From Mytilus edulis (Eukaryota): 64,000 nucleotides of DNA. Below are positions 52,820 through 64,000 of this stretch, in pieces. The stretch covers positions 10,602,001-10,666,000 of the forward strand of contig NC_092354.1 in assembly GCF_963676685.1 (NCBI RefSeq), in the 5' to 3' direction. How positions within the stretch are numbered: position 1 is the first letter of the stretch; the number at the start of each line of letters is the position of its first letter. The notes below the pieces were generated by a model. That model was not told the DNA's origin. It saw nothing but the letters and a program-made list of their open reading frames with translations, and did no database searches. The translations under genes were made by a program, and so were the position numbers.

Positions 52820-55110
52820 ACTCGTTGCTGTATGAACTACGAACTCATTATAGACGACTCGTTACTGTATGGACTTCGTACTCATTGTAGACGACTCGTT
52901 ACTGTATGGACTACGTACTCATTGTAGACGACTCGTTGCTGTATGAACTACGTACTCATTGTAGACGACACGTTGCTGTATGAACTACGTACTCATTGTA
53001 GACGACTCGTTGCTGTATGGACTACGTACTCATTGTAGACGACTCGTTGCTGTATGGACTACGTACTCATTGTAGACGACTCGTTGCTGTATGAACTACG
53101 TACTCATTGTAGACGACTCGTTGCTGTATGAACTTCGTACTCATTGTAGTTGCTGTATAAACTACGTACTCATTGTAGACGACTCGTTGCTGTATGGACT
53201 ACATACTCATTGTAGACGACTCGTTGCTGTATGGACTACGTACTCATTGTAGACGAATCGTTGCTGTATGAACTACGTACTCATTGTAGACGACTCGTTA
53301 CTGTATGGACTACATACTCATTGTAGACGACTCGTTGCTGTATGAACTTCGTACTCATTGTAGACGACTCGTTGCTGTATGAACTACGTACTCATTGTAG
53401 ACGACTCGTTGCTGTATGAACTTCATACTGATTGTAGACGACTCGTTGCTGTATGAACTACGTACTCATTGTAGACGACTCGTTGCTGTATGAACTACGT
53501 ACTCATTGTAGACGACTCGTTGCTGTATGAACTACGTACTCATTGTAGACGACTCGTTGCTGTATGAACTACGTACTCATTGTAGACGACTCGTTGCTGT
53601 ATGGACTACGTACTTATTGTAGACGACTAGTTGCTGTATGGACTACGTACTCATTGTAGACGATTCGTTGCTGTATGGACTTCGTACTCATTGTAGACGA
53701 CTCGTTGCTGTATGGACTACGTACTCATTGTAGACGACTCGTTGCTGTATGGACTACGTACTCATTGTAGACGACTCGTTGCTGTATGAACTTCGTATTC
53801 ATTGTAGACGACTCGTTGCTGTATGAACTTCGTACTCATTGTAGTTGCTGTATGAACTTCGTACACATTGTAGACGACTCGTTGCTATATGGACTACGTA
53901 CTCATTGTAGACGACTCGTTGCTGTATGGACTACGTACTCATTGTAGACGATTCGTTGCTGTATGGACTACGTACTCATTGTAGACGACTTGTTGCTGTA
54001 TGGACTACATACTCATTGTAGACGACTCGTTGCTGTATGAACTACGTACTCATTGTAGACGACTCGTTGCTGTATGAACTTCGTACTCATTGTAGTTGCT
54101 GTATGAACTTCGTACTCATTGTAGACGACTCGTTGCTGTATGGACTACGTATTCATTGTAGACGACTCGTTGCTGTATGAACTACGTACTCATTGTAGAC
54201 GACTCGTTGCTGTATGAACTACGTACTCATTGTAGACGACTCGTTGCTGTATGAACTACGTACTCATTGTAGACGACTCGTTGCTGTATGAACTTCGTAC
54301 TCATTGTAGTTTCTGTATGAACTTCGTACACATTGTAGACGACTCGTTGCTGTATGGACTACGTACTCATTGTAGACGACTCGTTGCTGTATGGACTACG
54401 TACTCATTGTAGACGACTCGTTGCTGTATGGACTACGTACTCATTGTAGACGACTTGTTGCTGTATGGACTACATACTCATTGTAGACGACTCGTTGCTG
54501 TATGAACTACGTACTCATTGTAGACGACTCGTTGCTGTATGAACTTTGGACTCATTGTAGTTGCTGTATGAACTTCGTACTCATTGTAGACGACTCGTTG
54601 CTGTATGGACTACGTATTCATTGTAGACGACTCGTTGCTGTATGGAATTCGTACTCATTGTAGACGACTCGTTGCTGTATGAACTACGTACTCATTGTAG
54701 ACGACTCGTTGCTGTATGGAATACGTACTCATTGTAGACGACTCGTTGCTGTATGAACTTCGTACTCATTGTAGACGTCTCGTTGCTGTATGAACTTTGT
54801 ACTCATTGTAGTTGCTGTATGAACTTGTACTCATTGTAGACGACTCGTTGCTGTATGGACTACGTATCATTGTAGACGACTCGTTGCTGTATGGACTACG
54901 TACTCATTGTAGACGACTCGTTGCTGTATGGACTACGTACTCATTGTAGACGACTCGTTGCTGTATAAACTACGTACTCATTGTAGACGACTCGTTGCTG
55001 TATGGACTACATACTCATTGTAGACGACTCGTTGCTGTAGGGACTACGTACTCATTGTAGGTGACTTGTTGCTGTATGGACTACATACTCATTGTAGACG
55101 ACTCATTGTT
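52820..55110. repeat. 37-bp minisatellite, about 60 copies, with 29-bp deletion variants
   Basis: GACTCGTTGCTGTATGGACTACGTACTCATTGTAGAC head-to-tail with no spacers. Confidence 0.97.
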
Positions 55111-55484
55111 GTTTAAACTCATCATTCATTTGAGACTACTCGTTGTTGTTTTAACTTATAAATCGCTTAGACGACTCGTGGTTTATAAACTTTTGTTTCA
55201 TTTTGCAAAATTTGTTGTTAAATGAAATACTAATTCATTTATAATTGAATCTGATACCTGATTCGACTAAAGTTTTTTCGACCCTTTATTCATTTCAAAA
55301 TGTGAGTCAAGTTGCATTGTAATAATTTAACATACACTTTTGTTTTTTCAATGTGTTTCCTGAAAGCTTAACATTTATCACATGCACATACTTTTAGGAC
55401 ATCTTAAACTGTTTCCTTAAACAAAGTATAACTTTAAAATGTTCTTGACGGATCATCCATTTACATTTACCTGTTCGTACTAAA

Positions 55485-58400
55485 ATGTGGCAAGTTGGAA
55501 TTTTGATCCTTTTTATAGCTAGTTATGCACAGGTTAGTTTATATATTTATTGAAATACCAGTTTGAGTTGTTCTGTATAAAACCCGACTTGATTATTACA
55601 AAAGAAATTATATGTGTGAGACTTGCTAAATTCTTCTGAGACTTAATAGCCATTTTCCCACCTATTGTATATTGCTACGGTCAATCACCAATATATGTTT
55701 TTTCTATTTCAGCAAGCAAGATCCACAACACGTAAGAATACATCTTAACGATTATTTTAGTGTATTTGCAATTCTTTTTAGAAGACAATAATTAAGATGA
55801 AAGATACATTCGTATAATAATTTGCAACCAATTTTTATTCATATGAAATTTATTGCAAGCTGATAGTTTTCATTTTTTTTTGGTTTGGAATTGATGCTCA
55901 AAGGGTAGTTCAATTTGTCGACGATTTGCAGAAACAGCATGCGCTTATGTGTTCGATAGAGTTTACTTTTAATGTTATTTCAATACCCTCATGAACAGGT
56001 AGAATGCATACCGATAAAAGAGGTTGTTTAAAATACAAATGAGTGATATCAACTTGATACGTATTGGCTGTATAAAAGATTACTGCACAGCGTAAAATAA
56101 CAAAAATATATTTTTTTATATTACTGTGACGAACAATATATATAAATATTTTTTGTTTGCAAATGTCACAATAGGTAGTTGCTGTTTAAGTGAATATTGG
56201 TTGTATATGTTTTTCTATTTTAGCATGTCTTAAAATGGCATGTTTTTGTCCACTAGGAAGCTCTTACATTTATTACGTAAATGGCTGTCGAAGGTGTACA
56301 TGCAAAGAAAGTAAGTTGCAATGAAATTTAATTAGACAATAACAGTGGAAAAAAGTATTTGTAAAAATAAAAAATTCTGTACAAAAAAAGCATATCAATG
56401 TTCTAAGTTTGAAAAAAGAAGGTGTTTCAGAGGAAATTAATTTGAAGTAGTCAAATTTACAATATAAAAAAGAAGATATGGTATGATTGCCAATGAGACA
56501 ACTGTCCACAAGCATGAATTCGATACTCGTATACAGTGGCCGCGTCTCTTGTTGTTTGCAAACATATACATATAATTTTATCATCCTTGTGTTATCTGGA
56601 AACTAAATGATGTAACGATCGCTTTTCGACAGGTTTGTAGACTTGAGACTTGATAAAAGGGCCAGTCATTTAGCACTAATAAATATTATAAGATCATAAC
56701 CTAATGAACAGCATCTAGGTCAATTTTTATAGCTTCAAAAAGCATGGCATGATACTCGCTCGGACTCACTGTAAACAATCTGAATCCAAAATAAAATTAA
56801 AAAAACTTATAAGTGATAAAAAATTACACAACGATTGTTTCAATAAAGGCAACAGTAGTATACTGTTGTTAGCAATACATAAATCGAGTAAGAAAAAGCA
56901 AATCCGGGTAACACAATAAAACTGATGGAAACACATCAAATATAAGAGGAGAACTGCTACACAACAAAAACACACCACTAAAATATAACACACAAACTAA
57001 CGAACTATAATATTAAAATGGCATTTTTCCTGACTTGGTACAGGACATTTTAAGAAAAAAATGGTGGGTTAAACCTTGTTCTTAGGTTGGTCAAATAATT
57101 TAAATCATAGTGTATTATGCTACGTCAGAAAGCTATTGTGATCAGTTCGATAAAGAAAAGTTTACGTATTTAGATTTAACTGTAAAACACTCATAAAATA
57201 TTTAATGTTTCTGTTATAATCTGAATGATACTACAGGAGCAGTATTTCAATATATGACGTCATCATTAATTTCAGATTCGTGTCCACAATATGCATCACC
57301 TGAACCAGGGCTCTGTACCGGTCAGCCTAATACATTTTATGTAGGAAAAGTGAAATGCTATGGACCACCTAAAATAATTCCATGCAGTAAAGGTAACGCA
57401 ATTTTTTTTTACATGTCCAATGCACTTTTATCATTGCTAAACTTAGAAATCTTACTTTGGTATTTAATGATTTTGGAGTCATGGTATACCAATTGTATGT
57501 TAATATGTTTAGGCATTATATTATAAATTCTAAAAGTTAATTTAGTTAACGAACAAATGCGTAGGTCATCGCATGATCTCCAAAAGAAGCGCAAATGAGC
57601 AGGTGAACACAGCCATAATGTGTATTACCAAATAATACCATTTTCTTGTTATATGTCTCGTCTGCCAATTTGTTCTAGTAGTAAATTTGAAGTCATCCCT
57701 TTTGACTGACATTATCATGAGTTGGTTTACTGTTATGATATGATTATGTTAAAATGAACTACATATATGTGCCAATAGACGAAACAAGAAAAGCCTCTTT
57801 TTCCCGATTCTGATATCACCGGAACACGTTGCACGATTTGAATATTCTTTGCATACCTAATAATTAATATATTACAACATGTACAAATTGTAATTCTATT
57901 TCTCGAGATATATGTCACAAAATTTACATCTTTAACTTTGTTATAGCATATTAATTGTAATCGTTCCAATTACTTCCTGTTTTTTTTCTTCTATACGATA
58001 TCCGACAATCTGAAAAAAAAAACATATTGGTAGCTGTTATAGAAAATGTGCGCTAAACACATATTAAATCATTCTTTGCTAGTTTGTTTCCATTGGATTT
58101 CTGGAATTGTATTTACATATTTGAACAACAGAGCTCTACTTTGTCACTTACCAGTTTCGGTTTATACGCAAAGCTACAACATTCAATAAAAATAATCGTC
58201 CAGATTAGATGTAACAATATTAGGATTTAAATGTTAATGTAAAGTTACATAAATCCCATAAAATGAAGCATTTATCTTGTCGTTTATAAGTTTATTTTGG
58301 AAGAAAAGAGGGAAACACGTACTAGATTAACAACGCACTGGGTTAAAAAGAAAAAACGATCGACAGAAAAAAAGACTAAATAACACGGACTTAACTAAAA

Positions 58401-58721
58401 GTGGGGATGATATCAGGTGCTTCTAAATGTTTAGTTTAAGATATTCTGGTTAAAAAAATAACAGAATGAAATTTTCGACGAAAGTGAAATACACGAGAGA
58501 TAACACAATTTCACATCAATATTTCGTAGGCTTAGAATCTTTGATTAGTTTATTTATTTTCATTTTACCAGGTCAAATATCCGTGAAAGAGACCAGAATG
58601 AAAAAAGAGAAATGCAAGCGAGATAACATAATTTCATATCAATATATCATAACCATTGTATATTTGATTAGTTTGTGTTACTTTTCCAGGTTCTACACCT
58701 AAACCAACAGTGGCTCAATAA
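55485..58721 (+). CDS. Small secreted cysteine-rich protein gene B, 100 aa (antistasin-like 6-Cys + 4-Cys domain); exons 55485-55532, 55713-55731, 56224-56310, 57276-57392, 58690-58721
   Basis: MWQVGILILFIASYAQ|QARSTT|PCLKMACFCPLGSSYIYYVNGCRRCTCKE|NSCPQYASPEPGLCTGQPNTFYVGKVKCYGPPKIIPCSK|GSTPKPTVAQ*. All junctions are GT-AG (phases 0,1,1,1), giving a 303-nt open frame. Exon 1 and 2 sizes are identical to paralog A. Confidence 0.8.
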
Positions 58722-58899
58722 ACAACAGATAAATAATCAAAAACAGTTCGATATATGTATAGATCAAGTTTATTAATCAGTTCCAAAAAAATTAGCATTG
58801 TGTTATAATTTGTTCAGTATAAATTATTAAACACAATAGTTTTTAGTATTTTGCTTGTTACATTTTGATAGTACATGAAAAATTCACAAAAGACTAAGA

Positions 58900-59060
58900 G
58901 TATTTCTCTTAAAAGTGATGCTTCATCAAAACCATATAACTCTCCACCGTTATGCTTGGTAGATGACATCCTATCTAAGGTCAACGAAAAACGCTCGAAT
59001 CTAGTCATAATAACTCCAGCTTGGCAGTCAAAACTATGGAACGCCAACACTGTCTTGTTA
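58900..59060 (+). mobile_element. DIRS-like retrotransposon fragment (post-RNase H methyltransferase-like region)
   Basis: YNSPPLCLVDDILSKV...NLVIITPAWQSKLW resembles the DIRS motif Y.FPP..LI..VL.KI...IL.AP.W....W. Confidence 0.55.
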
Positions 59061-59073
59061 TGCTCATTTTCCA

Positions 59074-59152
59074 TTATATGATGTGCATTTACCTTTATAT
59101 GATGTGCAAACACCTTTATATGATGTGAAAATATTCTTATATGATGTGCAAT
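59074..59152. repeat. 21-bp tandem repeat, 4 copies
   Basis: TTATATGATGTG core repeated every 21 bp. Confidence 0.8.
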
Positions 59153-61260
59153 GTTCAAGGTTGTTGTTTTCGTGCGTTGTCTCATTTTGAAGTATCAAGT
59201 CTTTTTGATTGTTTTCTTGTTTGTTTTAATATGTTGTAAAAGGGGAGTGTTGGGCGCCACCAAACATGTTGAAATCCTTCACATTCCATGTCCTTGTCTG
59301 CAAGTAAGGGGTTGCCGTTTAATGCTGTATATCATTTTGGTTTGTTGTTTTGGAAAAGAACGACGAAAGATAACAATGGGATATTCAAACTCTTGGATCG
59401 AAGATAAACTGACACCATTTTGTAATGTCGGAACACTTTATGTTTTTTTTGCCAGATGGTATTTTATCATTGTCGAAGGCCGTGCTTTGATCTGTTGTTG
59501 CTTAAATCTATATAGTTATCACAGGTACAATGAGTATAACGTAATACGCCAGACGCACGTTTCGTCTACAGAAGTTATTACAGAAAGGTGATGATGTAAG
59601 ATGTGTTTGCCAATTGAGTAATGTGTGAAATTTGCAGGTCATAAACGTTCTCAAACCTTGATATGCTTGAGTATTCATCAAGATTGGTGTATTTTTTCTT
59701 CATTTTTCTAATGAACAAACAAGAAGTTATGCCCTGAATACAGCAAATGTCTCATCTAGTTATGTATTAATTAGGTATAAAGATGTCGTTGTTTTGAACA
59801 AAATTAGTTCTTTAATTTTAAAACCGAATTTTTCATTTACATGAACATTTGCTATATGAGTACAAAACCCTTTTATCAACAGAATCCGTGATACATTTTG
59901 AAAAGCATTCATTACAACATGTCCTTCAATTTAAATATTCGTCAACTACCTCTATCCAATGTTATGTTGATGCACGAACATTTCGATTTTGTTTGCAATC
60001 TTCTAAATATTATAACACCTAGCATTTTGCCTAGTGAGTTAGTGTTTTACAGAGCACATTCCACGTTCGAAGTAAGCATTATGGCACCTTGAATTTAATA
60101 CAGTGTATGTTAAAAAACATATAATATAACTTTTTCAATTTTCCAAACCATAAACCAGATCATCTTGAAACACAAATAACTGTTCCTGACTTGGTAAATA
60201 AATTTTAAGAAAGACAAAATGGTTGGTTTAACCTGGTATTAATGCTAGCCATTCCTCTCGGTATGACATTGTTATATGAAAATGTAAAAAATACATGACA
60301 ATGATAATACAATAGGAATAAAACACAAACAAACGCGAGTTCCCTCGGCACAAAAATATCAAAATAAAATATATAATATGTTTTTGTTTTATTTAGTCCG
60401 TATATATACAAGGAAACAGATTGCAGTTTTAAATATTACTAGTAGCTGTTGCTTGATTTTCATCTTTGAATTGTCACTTGGACTTTTTCGTGAAAAGATA
60501 CACGCGTTCCTAGTGTGCAATGATATTTGAAATTTGATAACATGTTAAAATGCATATATAGACATGATAGAAGTTAGTACCTAGCGTAGGATTGTATACC
60601 AAAAAGCTGAATTGAACTAGACATATACACTATAACGCTAGCGAATGATAGAAAATAGAAAAAGATAGCGTTATTTAATTGGTTGAAATTTAGGTTATCA
60701 TAATTCGATATTATTATTGAAAAACTGTGTTTTACGGAAGTTTGGATTGTCCTAAGTTTTCATTCTGTAACTTTCGTTGGAAGAACAATACGACTTCCAA
60801 TGATTACGAGAAACTGTTATGTAATAAAAATGACAATAGTTTCCACAACAAAATTTTAGAAAATAAAAACCACTTCATTTTGATTGCGTCATCACATTAA
60901 TAATACACGTGTATGCAATTAGTAACCGCAATGTGAAATTTAACACGTCGCTTCATTTGATTCTGTCGATGAAGTTTACAGTAGAAGTTCATTTAAACTG
61001 TAGGAAGTTTTTGTTATAAATATGAATTCGAAATATCATCCCTTCTCAAATCGCATATATTATTTTTGAAAATTGAAGGTATCCAGATTAAAAATTATTC
61101 ATCATTGTAAAAGAATTCCTGGCAACTGAAGGCATATCTAAGGCTCATAACAAAATACACAAGCAGACTGTATAAGTGTTGTGTAACTCAACGGACCGCT
61201 TGAACATACACACAGCTTTTCGAGAGAGGGAAAACATTAATAATGTTGAATTGGAACAAA

Positions 61261-64000
61261 ATGTTTCGTTTTACCGTTTCGATAGTTTTTCTGTGTGTGT
61301 GGGCATTAAGTGAAATAGTCGTTATCAAAAAACAAAAAGATACAATATATAGTGGCCACATGTTGTTTGAGGTATCAATACCGATGTGGTCATTGTGTGC
61401 CCAGTTTTGCTCGAGAGTGCAAGTATGCAAATCTATTAACTTTATAGCATGGAATAAAACTTGTCAGATAAATGATTGCGAACCTGTTGGAAATAAGTTT
61501 GGACTCATTGAAAGTGTTGGTAACAGCTTTGTAGCGGCCTCGTCTCTGCCAAAGGTATATACAATCAAATATTTGTTAAACACAATTATAATGTCAAAAT
61601 GTTTAAGAAGTATTAATAGTTTTAGTTATACTATTCATATCCCAACTCCAGATATACTTTGCATGAGCGTATTATTTGTAATAATAGATGCATCTTTCTA
61701 TTACTCGGAAGGCAATTTTCCCTAAATTGTTCAAGTATTGTTTATGTTTCGGATCAAATTGAGGTACTTCTGGAAATCAACTTTCCATTTTTCTACACGC
61801 TGATGTCGAATTAAACAGAAAAACATATGTTACGAAAATTAAAGTTAAAACTTCACCTCATTATATTAGATTTTATCTATGTATAGCAATCACATTTCAC
61901 CATTTAAAATCAGCTGTGCTTATAATTGATTGCTGTTATTATTAGTTGACTGTTTGGTGTGACTGAAGTTTTACTAGCTATGCTTACTCATGTCCTATAA
62001 CACCATAAACTGTTATAAGTATAAAGACATTATGTTCGTTCATTCGACACCATTTACAACCCACTTTCCCTAAAATTACATCAAGCTTATGATTTTTTAC
62101 GCCAGAAGCGCGTTTAATCTACACAAAAAATGGAAACCCCTTTCTGGCCCCGTAGGAAACGAATTTATCTGTACCAGCAAAACTCAAAACTATATTGTGA
62201 TCGTCGTATTGCTAAAACTGAGGTCGAGACTTCCCCAGTTGACCTTACATTTTTTTAACTGTTCTGTGATATTGTTTTTTCCATCAATATTTAAATACTC
62301 AATCTGTATGAAAGAAGTCACATTTCAACATTTGAATCTCTCAATTGTATTTGCTCTGAGATGTTTGCCATTTTAGCGGTTTTATGCCAGTTATGTGGAT
62401 GTACTTGTAATAAATGCAGTTAGTCGCATCTTTTGTATTAACGGTGAAACATTGCTTTTCACGTAGACCGAAATATATATTTGATGTTTGCTCGTTGTTC
62501 TTGCAATTCTAAAGTAAAATGCAAGCATATCAAGTATCATAGCCTAATATAACAACTGTCTAAGTATCAAAATATATTTTTAAGATGTTGTTTTTGAAAC
62601 AACTCTTCCGCAGAGACCAAATGTCGTTGTCGTTGAAGTTTAAAACTATAGTTCAAAGTACGGCCTTCAATAAGGAGCACACCATATTCCGCATAATACG
62701 CTATAAAAGGTTGGAACGGACAAATACAGAATAGATATAAGAAGTTGTGGTATTAGTGTCAATGAGACGACTCTCCATCCCAGTCACAGTAAGTAAACCA
62801 GTATACATGTAGGTCAAAGTACGGAGCCTTGGCTTACACCAAACAGCAAGCTATAACGTGCCCACTGATTAGTGTTGGTATCATAATCTGAATGGATTTG
62901 AATCAATGCAAACACAGTGGTTCCTTATTTTGCTTTTTTTAAAGTGCTAAATTTAACAATAGATAACATTAGATAATTAAATATAGCACTACATCTTTTT
63001 TGATGAGGTACTTTGTTACCATAGTTTTTTCATTAAATTTAAGGGTCACTTCTGTTTTTTGTCTAAGTAACATTTTGTGTACAGAAGGGTGATATCAATA
63101 GACATTAGAAGATGTGTCTTACACCGAACAGAAAGCTCTAAAGTACCCCAAAAATTACTAGTGTGAAACCATTCAAACAGAAAAACCAACGACATAATCT
63201 ATATAAAAAACGAGAAACGCAAAACACTTATGAACCACACCAACAAACGACAACAAGTGAACATAAAGTTCTTAGGACAGGTACACACCAATATAGGCGA
63301 ATAAGCGTCAAGTCTACATCTAGAATATTAGGTTGAGGATTGATTTACAACGTATAGATTCTCAAGTGTTCAACTGATAATAGTTCTTGGCCTTCAAATG
63401 TTGGAATTCAGTGTCCCTAGTGAAGATAAACAAAAACAATGTATAAGGACACACACACTTAATATATTTTAATGGTTATATTGAAAAGAAGAAAATGTGA
63501 AATAATCTTATGCTCAGTTCTTCATGTATTCATGTAGAATAAACACAATGTCATTGGTGATAATGTATGTGAAACATGTTAAAGGTCGAATTAAAAGTTA
63601 AAATGGAAATTGGGATTATCAATGCTCTTTCTTTAATATCTATGTACTATTGCTATATACTCGTAAAAGAAATGCCTTTTATTTTCAAATAAAATGTACT
63701 GTTTATTGTCAAAGATACAGACATTACTCTTCATAAGAACCGTTCCTGCGAAAACCAATCATGAGCATTCAACTCGAAGATATGAGTGCATTTATAATAC
63801 TACAGATCCAAGTAAATTCACAAGCACCAAATCAATAGTAATTTGTTGAAATACAACATTAAATATTGTAATATGAAAATGATTTTGTTGTATCAATTTT
63901 CAGGAGCTTGCTGGACCGTGCCAAGGTCATGATTGTAAGATCAATGAAGTGTGTACTCCACAAAGTCCGACTTACACATGCATTCCATTGCTAGTAGTCT
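61261..64000 (+). CDS. Secreted PAN/Apple-domain + EGF-like protein (5' part); exons 61261-61554 and 63904 to window end
   Basis: Signal MFRFTVSIVFLCVWALS. PAN motif CAQFCSRVQVCKSINF....CQIN. AAG|GTATAT donor and TTTTCAG acceptor, then in-frame ELAGPCQGHDCKINEVCTPQSPTYTCIPL. Confidence 0.85.

Noticed and set aside
52820-55110. CRISPR-like 37-bp repeat
   Set aside because: The units are head-to-tail with no unique spacers, there are no cas genes, and the context is eukaryotic.
52820-55110. Minus-strand VYNEYVVH resembling a PARP catalytic motif
   Set aside because: The period of 37 is not a multiple of 3 and successive units introduce stops; likely coincidence.
58814-59185. 123-aa ORF with HHI repeats
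   Set aside because: It arises from a 21-bp tandem repeat and the antisense of a DIRS-like fragment.

Overview
AT-rich eukaryotic genomic DNA with spliceosomal introns. The repeat families and gene content suggest a bivalve mollusc, probably Mytilus-like (inferred from recall, not from a search). No prokaryotic features, CRISPR array, rRNA or tRNA were seen. Genes assembled by hand from GT-AG sites: (1) a 5-exon secreted Sushi/CCP + C-type lectin gene (5539-12001, +); (2) two divergently oriented tandem C2H2 zinc-finger genes (21859-23532 -, 40769-42511 +) and a ZNF pseudogene (about 15480-16270 -); (3) two paralogous 5-exon small secreted cysteine-rich protein genes, largely missed by the ORF track (44525-49516 and 55485-58721, +). 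They share a signal exon, a 19-nt microexon and an antistasin-like exon, but carry different phase 1-1 fourth-domain exons; the first copy is frameshifted; (4) the 5' part of a secreted PAN/Apple + EGF-like gene (61261 to window end). The rest is satellites (355, 181, 119, 72, about 67 and 37 bp units), MITEs, non-autonomous Helitrons, Penelope-like and DIRS-like retroelement fragments, and SINE-like repeats. Most notable: the modular cysteine-rich gene pair, a 181-bp satellite built from dead zinc fingers at the 3' end of a ZNF gene, and 6-bp palindromic insertions (TACTAGTA/TACATGTA) that match the ends of MITEs present in the same window.
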